DNA of 64,000 nt from Blepharisma stoltei ATCC 30299. Lineage: Eukaryota; Protista; Ciliophora. Position numbers and translations under genes: made by a program. Position 1 is the first letter of the stretch. Each line of letters begins with the position of its first letter. Below are positions 23,066 to 35,308 of this stretch, piece by piece. Where the stretch lies: positions 682,001-746,000 of the forward strand of contig CBFDEM010000027.1 of the NCBI GenBank assembly GCA_965603825.1, in the 5' to 3' direction. The notes under the pieces were generated by a model that saw only the letters and a list, made by a program, of their open reading frames with translations, ran no database searches and had not been told where the DNA came from.

Positions 23066-23704
23066 TTAAAAAATATTAAGTCTTGCCAAAGGTCCGTGCT
23101 GGGTGATTTCTTTGACGTTAATTCCATCAGGGACAAGTCTGCCTTCAGCTCTAAGTTGTTCGTATTTTTCAACTGTGTGCTTGGTGAATCCCCACTTGTC
23201 ACTTTCAATGATTCTTTGTCTGCCTGGGAACTTATATCTGGCTCTGTTCAAGGCTTCATTGGCATTTTCCACATCTCTGTCCTTAACTCTTACAGACATG
23301 ATGACATCTCCTATCCTGACTCTGGCGACTTTTCCTGTAGGTTTGCCAAAGGCACCTCTCATTCCCATTTGTAGCCTATCAGCGCCTGCGCAGGAAAGCA
23401 TTTTGTTGATTCTTAAGACATGCCATGGGTGGCATCTGATTCTGAGGTGGAAACCTTCTTTTCCAGTCTTCTTCAAGAGGTATTTGTTGGCTGTGATACG
23501 GGCTGCTTCAAGAGCTTCTGAGGAAAGGTTTTCATTTTCGTCTGAAACGAGATGAATGCACTTAGGGAAAAACTCACAGTCAGCCTTTTTGAAGCCATTG
23601 TCGTAGATTCTGATTCTTGGATCAGGGACACCACGGCAGTACCTGGATTTTGGATAAGGTTTGTTAGATAAGTACCTATAGCACCTTGCAGGTCTACGTC
23701 CCAT
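23066..23704 (-). CDS. RPL10: 60S ribosomal protein L10 (uL16)
   Basis: [10 protein letters not shown]...[10 protein letters not shown]...[15 protein letters not shown]; true ATG at 23704. Confidence 0.99.
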   Translation of the reverse strand: MGRRPARCYRYLSNKPYPKSRYCRGVPDPRIRIYDNGFKKADCEFFPKCIHLVSDENENLSSEALEAARITANKYLLKKTGKEGFHLRIRCHPWHVLRINKMLSCAGADRLQMGMRGAFGKPTGKVARVRIGDVIMSVRVKDRDVENANEALNRARYKFPGRQRIIESDKWGFTKHTVEKYEQLRAEGRLVPDGINVKEITQHGPLARLNIF

Positions 23705-24065
23705 ATTTACCACTAATTATAAATAGATAGCATAAAGAGATTAAATAGAGCAGGCTAATCCTTTAAGAAATGGCATTTAATTATAATTCATAAGAAAATA
23801 TTCAATAATTATGATTTTTATAAAATCCTCAAATAATTATCTTAAATATCCCTGAGTTTACCTTATATAAGTTATTTAATTTAATTATTTTTAAATTGCA
23901 TTAAAACTTGTATTTTAATAAAATTTTGAATTATAATTAATATTTATTTCTATTTTAAGTATAATTTCAGCTAATTTTTAATTATTTTTGAGCTAACACC
24001 AATTTTAAGTTTTCACATTTTTCTATTACAATGTCACCTACACAACAGGAACTGTTGAAATAAAT

Positions 24066-25511
24066 ATGAGGTTGATCATTTTGCTAACCTTCATTTGCTT
24101 CTTCGCAGCAGGCAAATTTACTGACGAAGAGTCATCTTCTCCTTTAACTGATATCAGTTCTTACACCCAAGCTACTTTTTCTACTTACATCGATCATTAT
24201 AGCGCAATGCCAAACCAATTTTCGATGAAATATTATTATAAAACAACTTATTGGAACGAAACTGGGCCAATTTTCTTTTTCTGTGGAGGAGAAGGCCGAA
24301 TTGAAGTATTCCTCAACAGCACTGGATGGGTTGATGCCCTGGCAGAACAAATGAATGCCATCGTTGTTTATGCTGAGCATAGATATTTTGGCAGCTCTCT
24401 TCCATTCGGAAATAAGTCATACACCAAAAACAGCTATACCAAATATCTTTCTCCACATCAAGCTATGGCAGATTTTGCTTATTTGTTGACTAGTTTACGA
24501 GCACAATATAATAATACTAAAGTTATCACATTTGGAGGCGGCTATAGTGGGATGATATCAGCTTGGATGAGAATTAAATACGCCAATGTTGTAGATGGGG
24601 CTGTCGCAAGCTCAGCACCAGTAAACCACTTTTATGGCACAGTCGATCCAACAGAGTTCTATCACATAGTCACGAATGATTATCAAGCTGTTGATCCATC
24701 ATGTCCTGCCTATATACGTACAGCTTATGACTATATCACTAATATGACGGATTACCCTACAACTTATTTCAACTTGACAATGCTTTTCCAGACCTGCTAC
24801 CCTATAATCACTCCAGGTGACATGTTCAAGCTCAAGAAATGAATTCAATATGCAATGACTTTTATGGCAATTTCCAATTATCCTTATAAAAGCAATTTTT
24901 ATAATCCATTGCCAGCATATCCTGTAACTCAAGCATGCAATTTATTCAACGACGTTGAAATCGATGACATTTGGGGTGTATTAAAAGCTGTCAAAGATGC
25001 CGCAAATATATATTTCAATTTTTCAGGCCAAATCGAGTGCAATGATCTCAATAATTTCGTGCAAGGAAACTTCGGGCCAGGAAATGGTTTGGATTATTTG
25101 AGCTGTACTTATTTAAATGTTCCGATTGGATCCAATGCTACCAACTCAATGTTCGGAAATATCCCATGGGACCAAACGTGGTGGAACAATTACTGTGTCT
25201 CCACATGGGGAAGAAGCCCAATCCTTAACTACGCTACCGTCTATTTCGGAGCTACAACTGATAGCCAAACTAAATGGTACTTAAGAGACGCAACTAATAT
25301 TATTTTTTCAAATGGATCACTTGACCCTTGGATCTCTGGAGCTATCACGAAAAGCATCAATCCAACTGTACTTGGCTTTGTTATGGCTGGTGGAGCTCAC
25401 ATTGCTGACTTGAAAGCTCCTAATGCTAATGACCCGGCAGAAGTGACAAACGGAAGGGCAATTATCAAAGGCGCAATTGAATATGCCCTTAGAGAAAAAA
25501 TCCCAGAGTAA
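24066..25511 (+). CDS. Peptidase S28 (Pro-X carboxypeptidase/DPP7-like), secreted, nucleophile Ser replaced by Gly (481 aa)
   Basis: Signal peptide, GPIFFFCGGEG, AEHRYFGSS, QAMADFA, ASSAP, NIIFSNGSLDPW, GGAH; TGA=Trp at 24840. Confidence 0.92.
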
Positions 25512-25576
25512 ATTCTTATTCTAATAAGCTTTCTTAAGATAACGGTCATATATTAATTTTATTGCTTTTTTTATTA

Positions 25577-27271
25577 CTAGCATTGGTCAGGTCTAAAAAA
25601 TGCAGGTGCAACTGAAGGACAAGTTTCATCCATATGATCATAAGCCTCAATGCTCGAATAATCATCTCCAAGGTCAATCCTATAATTTCCCATAAGCTGA
25701 CAATACGGAATATCTGGATCTTGGTCGATACAATTTTGAGGTCTATTTATATTTTTTTCAAAAATATTAAGTGAATACACATCCCTCGGCGTAAATTCTG
25801 TTGCCTGAAGTACCAAATTTCCAAGTATTCCTGCTCTTTTATATAGTGCAAGTACAAAGCTGGAGCATACATAAGAAAATCCATCAGGATAGAGCCACCC
25901 CTCTTCTTCTACTACAGCCATTAAATCTAGCAGCGTCATACCTCTTTTTCCTGCCTCAATTTCCAGTTCAGGGACATTCAGCCCTTTACTGCCCAACCTC
26001 ATATTCAAAGCTAGCTCAAAAATGCTTTCTATTGCTTTTGGCATTATTTTGGATGCTGCTTGAAATGCAATACTGACAAGTTCAGGGGAAACTATAGGAG
26101 GATAATTCAATGTTGGGGTATCAATTCAGCCAAACATAAAGTTATGATACCCATAAGGCATCCCTTCAACAGTTTTAAACCACTCATAAGCAGATGTCTC
26201 ATTGAAAAGTGCTTGGATTTCGGGTTTTAATGGTAAAACTACAACGTTGAAGCTGGCATCTTCAGCCCATTTAATTCAGGTTTCAAATTTATTCATTTGG
26301 ATTCCAGTTCGCGGCCAATACCATCCAGCTTGGCTTTCCAAAATATATAGGTCTTTTTGTCCATTTTCTTCAACCCATAGAGCAACTGTACTATGCCCTA
26401 CACGGCTGCCACTCCCATACATAATCATCTCATCAAGCCCATCCAGCCTTGTTACAGCTAAAAATGTGCCTGATTTTATTTGTGATTTTTCTAGGGTGAT
26501 TGCAGTATTTTCTCTTTTTTCCATTGTATAATTAATAGCTTCTTTTAAAAATTTCACATTTGATTCTTCCATTCACCATGTAACATGAGATCCTATTATA
26601 GGAAGCCATTTATTGGTAGTAAAACCTCCTGCAAATAGCTCAAGGGTCATAGCCAAGTCTATAACTAAATTTCTAAGGTCATCACAAAAGGTGAAAACTC
26701 TGACACCATTTTGTTGGATATCGTATATATCATTTTCAGTAAGATTATTAAAAGTAATGGAATGTTTACCATGAAACTCAGCATTTTCTATATGAAATTG
26801 GTTCAATATTGAAATAAGATAGGTATCATAGCAGAGAAAGCTTGATGATTTGCTGGATGTTAATGTGATTGTAATTGAGGTATCTGATGAAGATGATATT
26901 TCGATAGTATTTGATTGGAAGCAGTGGTTAGAAAAAGAGACTGCACCTTGTCCGATAAATGCTGCAGCTTTAAAAGTGGGTAAAAATCTTATGAAATCGG
27001 GGCCTTCTCCTCATTGGCAGCTCATTGACTCTAAATTATAATCGAGATGCTTCCCAGAAGAAATAATTCCTGTCAATTTTTCTATTAGCTGTGTACTAAG
27101 AGTGTTATAATCCTTAAAATACACAATAGTATGCTTCTCAAAAGGATTTATGAACTTAGAGTATTGAATATCGCCCATAAAAGACTTTCCGACATTGTAA
27201 TCTTTAATGAAAAGATATGGGCCTGCGAATGATAGCGCAATCATGCAGGCGAAAAGAAAGACTTTAGACAT
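25577..27271 (-). CDS. Secreted protein with permuted papain-like (NlpC/P60-type) motifs (564 aa)
   Basis: Signal peptide; TGA=Trp at 27011, 26573, 26276, 26126 joins the fragments; RVGHSTVALW, YGYHNFMFG[W]IDT, SYVCSSFVLALYKRAG, EFTPRDVY. Confidence 0.75.
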
Positions 27272-27876
27272 TTTATTTATAAAATGGTATGACCGGAATT
27301 TATTTTAAATTTTACTATTAAATAAAACCCAAAATTCAATGTTTAATGATTAATATAATAAAACAAAAATCATTGAAAATAATACACAATTACAAAACGT
27401 TATATTTTATAATGCATCAAAATGCATTTATTTAAAGGATATTATGGTGAATTGCTATAGATAAAAGCTCCTGTATATTTCATAATTTCAATGCTTAGAT
27501 AAGGATAAAAAGATAAGAAAATTTTAATATTGGTATTTTTAATGAGATATGACAAAAAGTTAAAGTTACATAGATTTATCACATCGATAATACTCTTAAA
27601 AAAATTCAAAAAATTCCCAATTTTTCTCTAAAATAATTCTATTTCTTGTTCTATTAGCAAGTAAGAATTTTAATCTATAAATTAATGGTTTATAAAAAAG
27701 CTTGGAACAGTTTTTGGTACCAATTTAAACAAGGAGAGTTATTAGATAATCTAAAACCTTTTTAATAGTTTCAGTTATCGAATATTTATCTAAATACTTC
27801 GACTTATTTGATTATATCTAAAATTATTCGAGCAGCATTATAATATACTGTAGCTTGATGCTATTAAAATTTAAAA

Positions 27877-28407
27877 ATGTCGATTATAGACGCTGTGAGT
27901 TGTATGCTCGAAATTTATCTCGACCAAACAGCCCTAAGCAGCTACTCCAAAACATTTTTCCATTCCAAAAAAATCCCCAGGATTCCTATCGGCAGCTATC
28001 TCAATAGGCTTAAACAATATATGAAATGCTCAGAAGAATGCTACGTTTTAGCCCTTATTTATATAGATAGAATTTCTACCAAACACAATAGCTTTGTAGT
28101 GAACTCTTTGTGCATCCATAGGCTGATTTTAGCCGCAGTTATGTTATCAGCGAAGTTTTCAGAAGATAAATTTTACAAAAATTCATACTACGCTAAAGTA
28201 GGAGGAATTTCTTGTACAGAGATGAATAGCTTAGAGCATCAATTTTTGATTATGATTGAGTTTGACCTGTATGTCTCTGAGAAGGAGTTTCAATTGTATT
28301 TATCAACACTTATCAATAATTTTGGTATAAGCCAGAATGAGGTTGAAGATGATGTAAATAAAAATCATCAGGAAATAGTCCAAGAAGAGTTGATAGCAAA
28401 AGTATAG
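27877..28407 (+). CDS. Cyclin P/U (Pho80-like)
   Basis: PRIPIGSYLNRL, LALIYIDR, HRLIL, SAKFSED, NSYYAKVGGI, EMNSLE. Confidence 0.95.
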   Translation: MSIIDAVSCMLEIYLDQTALSSYSKTFFHSKKIPRIPIGSYLNRLKQYMKCSEECYVLALIYIDRISTKHNSFVVNSLCIHRLILAAVMLSAKFSEDKFYKNSYYAKVGGISCTEMNSLEHQFLIMIEFDLYVSEKEFQLYLSTLINNFGISQNEVEDDVNKNHQEIVQEELIAKV

Positions 28408-28751
28408 AGTAGATGCACAGTTTGAGTATATATAATCTAATAATCTAAATTCTTGATATCAATTCAAGCTAGTTATTTGTTTTTTTTTGCTGCAAAAAAT
28501 TATGAAATGGGCTAATAGTTAATTGAAATAAGGAAATAATTAAATTTTCACCAATTTTTCTTTCTAGATGCAAGACAAAGCATTCCAATAGATTTTCTTG
28601 ATTTTTTCTGGTCTCAAAATTTATGTTGATTTTTCTTAAATAAAATGATTATCAATTCTCTCAATTACAAAAACCAAATAAATAAAATTAAAAAGCAAAA
28701 ATATATACAATACTCTACTTAATTTATATTCCGAAATTAATTTTACTATAA

Positions 28752-30437
28752 TTAGCAGAGAACAACATCTAAAAATCTATTCCACTCACTCGGTTTCTGT
28801 CTTTGTATTGCAATCGACAAATTTGTGATTTTCGTCAAAACATGGTCTAGGTTATCGAATTTCGGGTTTATTATTTGTGTTCGTGATTTTTGGTTCACTT
28901 TTTCTCCAATTATCATCATTTCTAATAATTCTGCATATTCCTGCACAGATGAGCTTGCTAATTTCCCTAACTTATAGCTTCTTTTCAGCCTTTTAAACAC
29001 GATTCCAATTTCTTCATGTTCTTCATAAATTTGCGGACAAAAATGTTTGCAAATTCCTTTGTCGTCGTCTTCAAGGCATTTTAAGACGAGCAGCGATGGA
29101 ACACTTACAAAAAGCTGTGAGTCAGAAAATTCAAGCTGCTCCTTTAAGGTAGGGTATTTTTCAGCATTTTTTTCTATCAGATTATAAATATGCACTACTT
29201 GGTTGCACCTTTTTGAATTTAAAATATATTCTTTTCCACGTTCCCAACTCCCTTCAAAATTTGTCAGCGCTTCAACCAGTTCTGGATTATTTTTGAGCTG
29301 TGGATCTACAACCTCAATATTTTGGTCATATTTTCTAAATAATGTCCTAAATGCAGTAAAAGCTTGTCTGATCTTGTCAGCTAATTTTCTTATAGGGTGA
29401 CTCTGCATAGGATGCATCCTCCTAGAAATGCCTTCAGCAGCTAACAAAATATTCAGCGATAAATCGTCTCTGCCTTTTCCTTCAACATTTGCAACTGAAT
29501 TAATTTTTCCTATAATGACTACAAACTTGTCACGCAAACTATTGAATTCTTCTGAGTCCAAAGTGACTCTTCCTCTGGCTTTTTCTTTGACTTCAATAAG
29601 GGACATTTCTCTTTCTAATTCAATTGCTTGGGTTATAAAACGTCTTGCATCAGTCTCTATTACCATAAGTTCATGCACGTATAAATGTTCAAAATCTACT
29701 CAATTTGTATCAAAATCCTGCAGCGCTTCAGTTAAATCACTAATTATTTCTCCCACAACTCCTGTCGAAGTTTCTTCACAAATCCTATTATAAATTTCTC
29801 TAAAAATATGCTGAATTTTGCAAAAAGAATGAAATAATTTACTGCCTGCGTCCAAAACTTCGCTTGAAAATAAATATTTTTCCCCATTCACATACAAGTA
29901 AGGAAAGCCTTCCTGCGCTGAATCCAATATTTCTGTTAAAAAGCAAAGTGTTCCTTCTTTATATAAAACTTGATAGGCTTTAGAAAAAGCTTTCCTATAA
30001 TCCCGAGATACACAATTTACTTTAAAAACCTCACAAAGCCTTTCGATTTGATTTAAAAATTTTTTGCAGGCTCTTTGGCCTTCTTCTGAGTCCAGGTCAT
30101 ACTTTTGGTCTTGATTTTGTATTAATTGTGAAGCGCATATAACTGTATGCTCTAATAAAAGGAAATCAGAAGTCCGGCGAAACTCTTCTATGTCGCTTAA
30201 AGGCCTCGCTGGAGCTGTGGACGCTCGAAGGGCCATATGTTTGCTGGAAATTTCTTCAAGAGACATGATATCTTCTTTGTCTGATGAATTGTTGTCACTG
30301 GAATTTTCTTCAGATTCAGAAGAATCAAGCGGGTCTCCACTAAAATTTTGTTGGCTTCTAGGGGAGGTAGGACTAGCTGAAAACTCAGCGAGACTTTCGT
30401 TGTTTGAACTTTGGTATTCGGAGAACTGGTTTTGCAT
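28752..30437 (-). CDS. Uncharacterised helical protein (561 aa) with acidic/Ser-rich N-terminus
   Basis: Single frame with TGA=Trp at 29700; ATG 30437 to TAA 28752; no family recognised with confidence. Confidence 0.8.
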
Positions 30438-31332
30438 TATAGTTTTATTAGGGTTAAGGTAAAGAAAAAAGTGAAGGTGATTTTTAGAAATAAAGGGAAA
30501 AGGTGAGGAATAAAATTAGGAGATTTTATAATGCATAAATTAATTAATTTATTTAATTAAATATAATTTGAGGAAGAAAATTTTAATTTTTTATAAATTA
30601 AAAGGTAAGGTTTGTGCATTGTCAATATTATTTAATTTATTCATTGGTGAGTTCTTTATTATTGATGTATTTTTATATAAATTTGAAATTTGTGAACTTT
30701 GTGAAGACAAAATATTGCTTTGTCTTAGGCTCTGCTTAAGCATTTAAGCTAATGACCAGTATAAAACATTTAAGGATCACCTTGATACAGTGATATAATA
30801 AATATTAATACCTGATGATGGGTTTCCAGAAGATTTTTGAGGTTGACTAGATAATAGATCATGCGTGCAGTGCCATGCCTTGATAATCTTTTGCGATTTC
30901 ATGGACTGATATTTAGTGAAGTAACTGCTATAAAATATTTGCAAGAGCTGATGCAAAATTGATATACAATGGAATGGATAAGTACTTAAGTACACTGAAA
31001 TAATTTTGTGAAAATTCATTCAAGAATTAAGCATTATTTGGATCATAATTATAAGAAGAAGACACTAAATAGTATATCATTATCCTCTAGTCATCCTAAA
31101 ATTGCCTACTTCCTTATTTTAATAGCATATCTGCAATTTTAATTCAATTTTTGTTCACGCTAACTAATAAATTGTTTAATCAATTAATCTTAATTAATTT
31201 TTGATTTTTAGCAAATAATCATATCAAGCATTTGCAAAATTTGTCGTAGTAACGATGATCATATATATACACTGCTTAATGGGGCTACCTAAGCTGGCAT
31301 ATAAGAAGCCATTAAATTTGTTTAAATTTTAT

Positions 31333-32433
31333 ATGGAGCAAATCAGTGAAATCAAGCTTCAAATTCAAGGGCTTAGCAAAGAAGTCAAATCTGCAGATAC
31401 TTTAAGAGCCCTCCACCAATCATTTACTTCAAAAGTAAAGAAAAATCCAGACAGCTACTCCATAACTGGAATCCTCAATTTTTTCAGCGATCTTCTCTGC
31501 AAGTGGGATTTTCTTGTCCTTTGGTGGTCATGGAATTTCAAGCTTGAAAGCTTAAAGCTAAAGCAAGCGACTGAATTTCCTAGTGACTGAGAAGATTTGT
31601 TCCTAATTATGAATAATGAAGAGGAGAAAAACAAGCTTCCTGATAACATAAGAAAAATAATTGAGGGAATTTCAGCTCCGATAAATGCCTATATAGCCCA
31701 AATTAATGAACTTAAAGAGAAAAATCTGCAATTATTAAAAAAAGATGAAGAAAATGAAGCACTTATTGCTGCAAAAAATGAAGAAATTGCTAGAATGAGC
31801 GAGAGGATTGAAAGATTGAAAAGGACAATTGATATAGTTGGAGACCTTAAACTGGATAATTTTATGAGAGAATTTTATTTAATTAAGGAGCATGCTAAAA
31901 TACAAGACCAAAAACACCTTGAACAAGAAAATAAAGCTTCTCAGCCTCAAGAAGAAACAAAAGATGCAGTAAGCTTGGGAAATAATAGCTTGGAGAAGCC
32001 AAAAATATATGAAAAAATCCAATTACAAGACTCTGAAAAAGTAGAAAATCCAGTAATGGCTAACAATGAGGAAAATTTTGAAAAAAATCCAAATCTTGAG
32101 ATAGCTAGAGGAGGGGTCAGCTCGCAGAGTAGACAAGAAATAATAGAAGAAAATAGTGAAATAGGAATAGAAAAGGATAAAGAATACATCGATAGAGAGC
32201 CTATTGAGCAACATCAACCAAGTCTTGAAATTTACGATGATTGACAAAGTTACAAAAACACTTTGAGAGATAAAGACAACAAGCCCCTTAGACTGAGCAA
32301 CGAAGAAATGGTACACATCTATAAACACTCTCCTTATAGTCAGAGAAAAATAGTTAATATTATGAAGTACTTTATGGGAATCGCCAACGAGATAGATGAA
32401 ATAAACAGAAAAGAAGGATTTGCATATGATTAA
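31333..32433 (+). CDS. Orphan coiled-coil family member B (366 aa)
   Basis: ATG 31333 (MEQISEIK); TGA=Trp at 31588 and 32242; ends RKEGFAYD-TAA; shares four sequence blocks with 17546-18546. Confidence 0.8.
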
Positions 32434-32478
32434 ACAATTTCTTATATAATGATTAAGAATAAATATTCAATTTAATGA

Positions 32479-33345
32479 TTAAAAAGTTCCTGCTCTCACA
32501 TGTCGAATCATACTTAGCAAAATCCTAGTCCAAGGTAGAGAATTATTGCTGATTTTAAAAATATCAAAATTCCTTTTCTCTAGCTCGCCATAAAAATGGT
32601 CACATTGTGATAGTGGCAAAAATGCAATATTTGTGTGTTTCTGTAGGTTTGGCAGCATTTCTCTCGCTTTTTCCATATTCTGTTTACCATATGCGGCAAC
32701 TTCTAAAATTACGTCAAAAAATTCCTCAGGGATTTTTTCTTTTTGGTCTAAGTCATCTACTGCTACACTTAGAGGCAGCTTGTATTTTGTTAAAAGCTCT
32801 TCTGGGAAATAAAATCTGCCGTTTACTGTATAATGTTTGGATAGCAGCAATAAATCGCTGACACCCCAAGCTCGGCCTGCAAAAGTTGCAGCTGTAAATT
32901 CTGTTTCTCCAAAAAGCCCAAATAATTCAAGCAAAATATAAAAAGTCATTGTGTAGTTATTGTCAATAAACCTATCAAAATGTTGCCAAGTCTTAATTTC
33001 TTGGTCTTGAAGCCTACCTCTTATCATTCTTTCAAAGTGGCTTTTTCTTACAGTAGAGTATTTTCTGAGCTCACAAAGGGATATTGATAGAGGCTCTCTG
33101 GCTGGTCTTAATTCTCATATATCGTTAAGATTGGAAAGCCACCATGCAAGCTTAGAAGCCTTAAGAGTTGGATTTGTCACTGTTTCTTGAGCTTTTAAGA
33201 GTTCTAGTCTGAATGAGTGGATTACAAAATAGAACTGCCGAAGCTCAGCAGGAATGAATTTTCCATGAAGAGAAACTCCAATATCAAGAGAGCTAGCTTG
33301 TTTTTCACAATATTCTAAAGCTTTCCAAGGCTCGAAAATGCTCAT
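32479..33345 (-). CDS. NDUFAF6: NDUFAF6-like complex I assembly factor, squalene/phytoene synthase fold (288 aa)
   Basis: FVIHSFRLEL, KLAWWLSNLNDI[W], REPLSISL, GRFYFPEELL, AFLPL, LEKRNFDIF; TGA=Trp at 33115. Confidence 0.75.
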
Positions 33346-33365
33346 TTTTAATCAATTTATAACTA

Positions 33366-33600
33366 TTATTGATAGAGGCTACCTAGCAGGCTAATTTTCA
33401 TGAGTATCACTCAAAAAAAACACTATGCATGCTTAGGAGTTTTAAAAATTAGATTTTTTTAAATCCTTCTTATGCTTTAATATTTGGGTGAAGTGGAAAA
33501 ACTTTAATTCAATTTTTTCGATCGAAATTAACTGTTTGTACTTTTTTAGAGTAAAAACTTTGCATGTAGAAAATTAAGAGCTTTGAATGGAGGAGGAAAC
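33366..33600 (-). pseudogene. Decayed partial tandem duplicate of the NDUFAF6-like 5' coding region
   Basis: tattgatagaggct and cactatgcatgcttaggagttttaaaaattagattt match 33082-33095 and caccatgcaagcttagaagccttaagagttggattt near 33140-33176; multiple stops and indels. Confidence 0.65.
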
Positions 33601-33937
33601 CTTTTTTAACAAACTTTATTTAAAATATATAAAGGTTTTTCTTTCAATTTGTTTTCGTTTGAAGCTTTTCGTTATAAAAATGCATCATTAAAAAATTACT
33701 CAACAATGGACTATTGACTTCTGCCGCTCTACATCGAGTTCTTTCGAAGTAGCTTGACCCAGGGCTATTTATTTTCTGAATAAAATTTTGTTTTCTCAAA
33801 TAGCCTATACAGTTATGTTTGCTGATAATTTATATCTAGCGTTCACAAGCTTATCAATACAAAAAGGTATTTTGCGATTTTCTCTATTACTAAATTTAAA
33901 CAGTTCGCAAATATGTCCCGCTTTGCCTCTAAATAAA

Positions 33938-35251
33938 ATGTCAAATCCCGCGAAAGGCAGATCTATCAGCTACTCCTACGAATTTCTCGGCTCACGATTT
34001 GAGTCAAAACTCGACTTCACAGCCCAATATTTCAACTTATACCGATCAAGACTCAATGCTTTACATTGGAGATCAATCGATACTGCAAAAGCACAGCGGG
34101 ATGTTCCAATTCTGCACCAAATAATGGAACTAAAGCCAGACAATGTTTGCATAGTCTCAGGCGTCATTGTGAGAAACCATAAAACAAGGCCGTCTATTAT
34201 AGAAAAATATATAGCAAAAGTTGGGACTTTGGAGCCTCGTCCCAGCTGCTTTGGGAGTTTTTGTTCTGAAAAAGACGAAATCTATTTAGAGGACGAAAGC
34301 GGAAGGGTTTTATTGGATTTTAGAAACTCAGAAAGTGACTGAAATGACTTAATTACTGGAATTGTAGTAGCCGCTTATGGAATTTTGCGAGAAAACGCAG
34401 TTTTCGAGACCCTTTCTCTATATTACCCACAAGTAGACAGGCCACTTCCACTAGAAAAAGCAGGTGAGGAGTATATATGCTTTGTATCAGGCTTAGAAAT
34501 TGGTAGTCCTTATTATGATATGATTCTTCTGCATCTCCTAGCTCAATTTATACAAGGGAATTTAGGTACTCAGTCCTATGATGAGGCTAGTAAAATTGTA
34601 AGACTGGTCATTTTGGGTGATTCAATATATAAGCCAGACACAGCCAGGACTGTCGATAGAAAAGCTATAGGTGACCAAGTCATCAGAGGATTTACCGAAA
34701 TTAACGAATCCTTGAAATTTCTTGACACTTTTCTAGCTGAACTAGCAGGGACTATCCCAGTTGACATTATTCCTGGAGAAATGGACCCTTCAAACTGCTC
34801 TTTACCTCAGCAGCCTTTAAATCCTTATTTATTCCCTATAGCAAGCAGATATTCTGCCTTGCAGTCTTTTCCGAATCCTTATGAATTTACTATTGATAAA
34901 TGCAGAATTTTGTGTACGGCTGGACAAAATATTTCTATGTATTCGCATTATGCGCCGCCTGATAAGACTTTTGCTGAGCTTATGGCGCTAAATGTGAAGC
35001 ATAGACATATAGCGGCAAATGCCCCAGATGCACTGCAGTGTATCCCTATGCAGGATAAAGACCCGTTTATTTTGGATAATTTGCCACACTTGTATGTGGT
35101 TGGGAATTTAGGGAGTTATCAGACAGGAATGGAAGATGGGGTTAAACTGGTTGCTGTCCCGAGGTTTTCGAGCCCTGGGCATAATATTGTGCTTGTGAAT
35201 AGGTTTACGTTAGAGTCAAAAACCATATCATTTGAGTCAATGATTGATTAA
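33938..35251 (+). CDS. POLD2: DNA polymerase delta subunit 2 (437 aa)
   Basis: QYFNLYRSRL, YLEDESGRV, LITGIVVA, FVSGL, PGEMDPSNCSLPQQPL, RHIAANAPD, DPFILDNLPHLYVVGN; TGA=Trp at 34340. Confidence 0.95.
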
Positions 35252-35308
35252 TTAATTAAAATCTGATTTATTGCCTTTTATTAAGAAAATTGATAGGATT
35301 TCTGATAA

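Noticed and set aside
33788-33937. Non-ATG N-terminal extensions in the ORF track (also 7836, 23713, 40340)
   Set aside because: Bacterial-style GTG/TTG starts; conserved sequence begins at downstream ATGs preceded by A-rich context.
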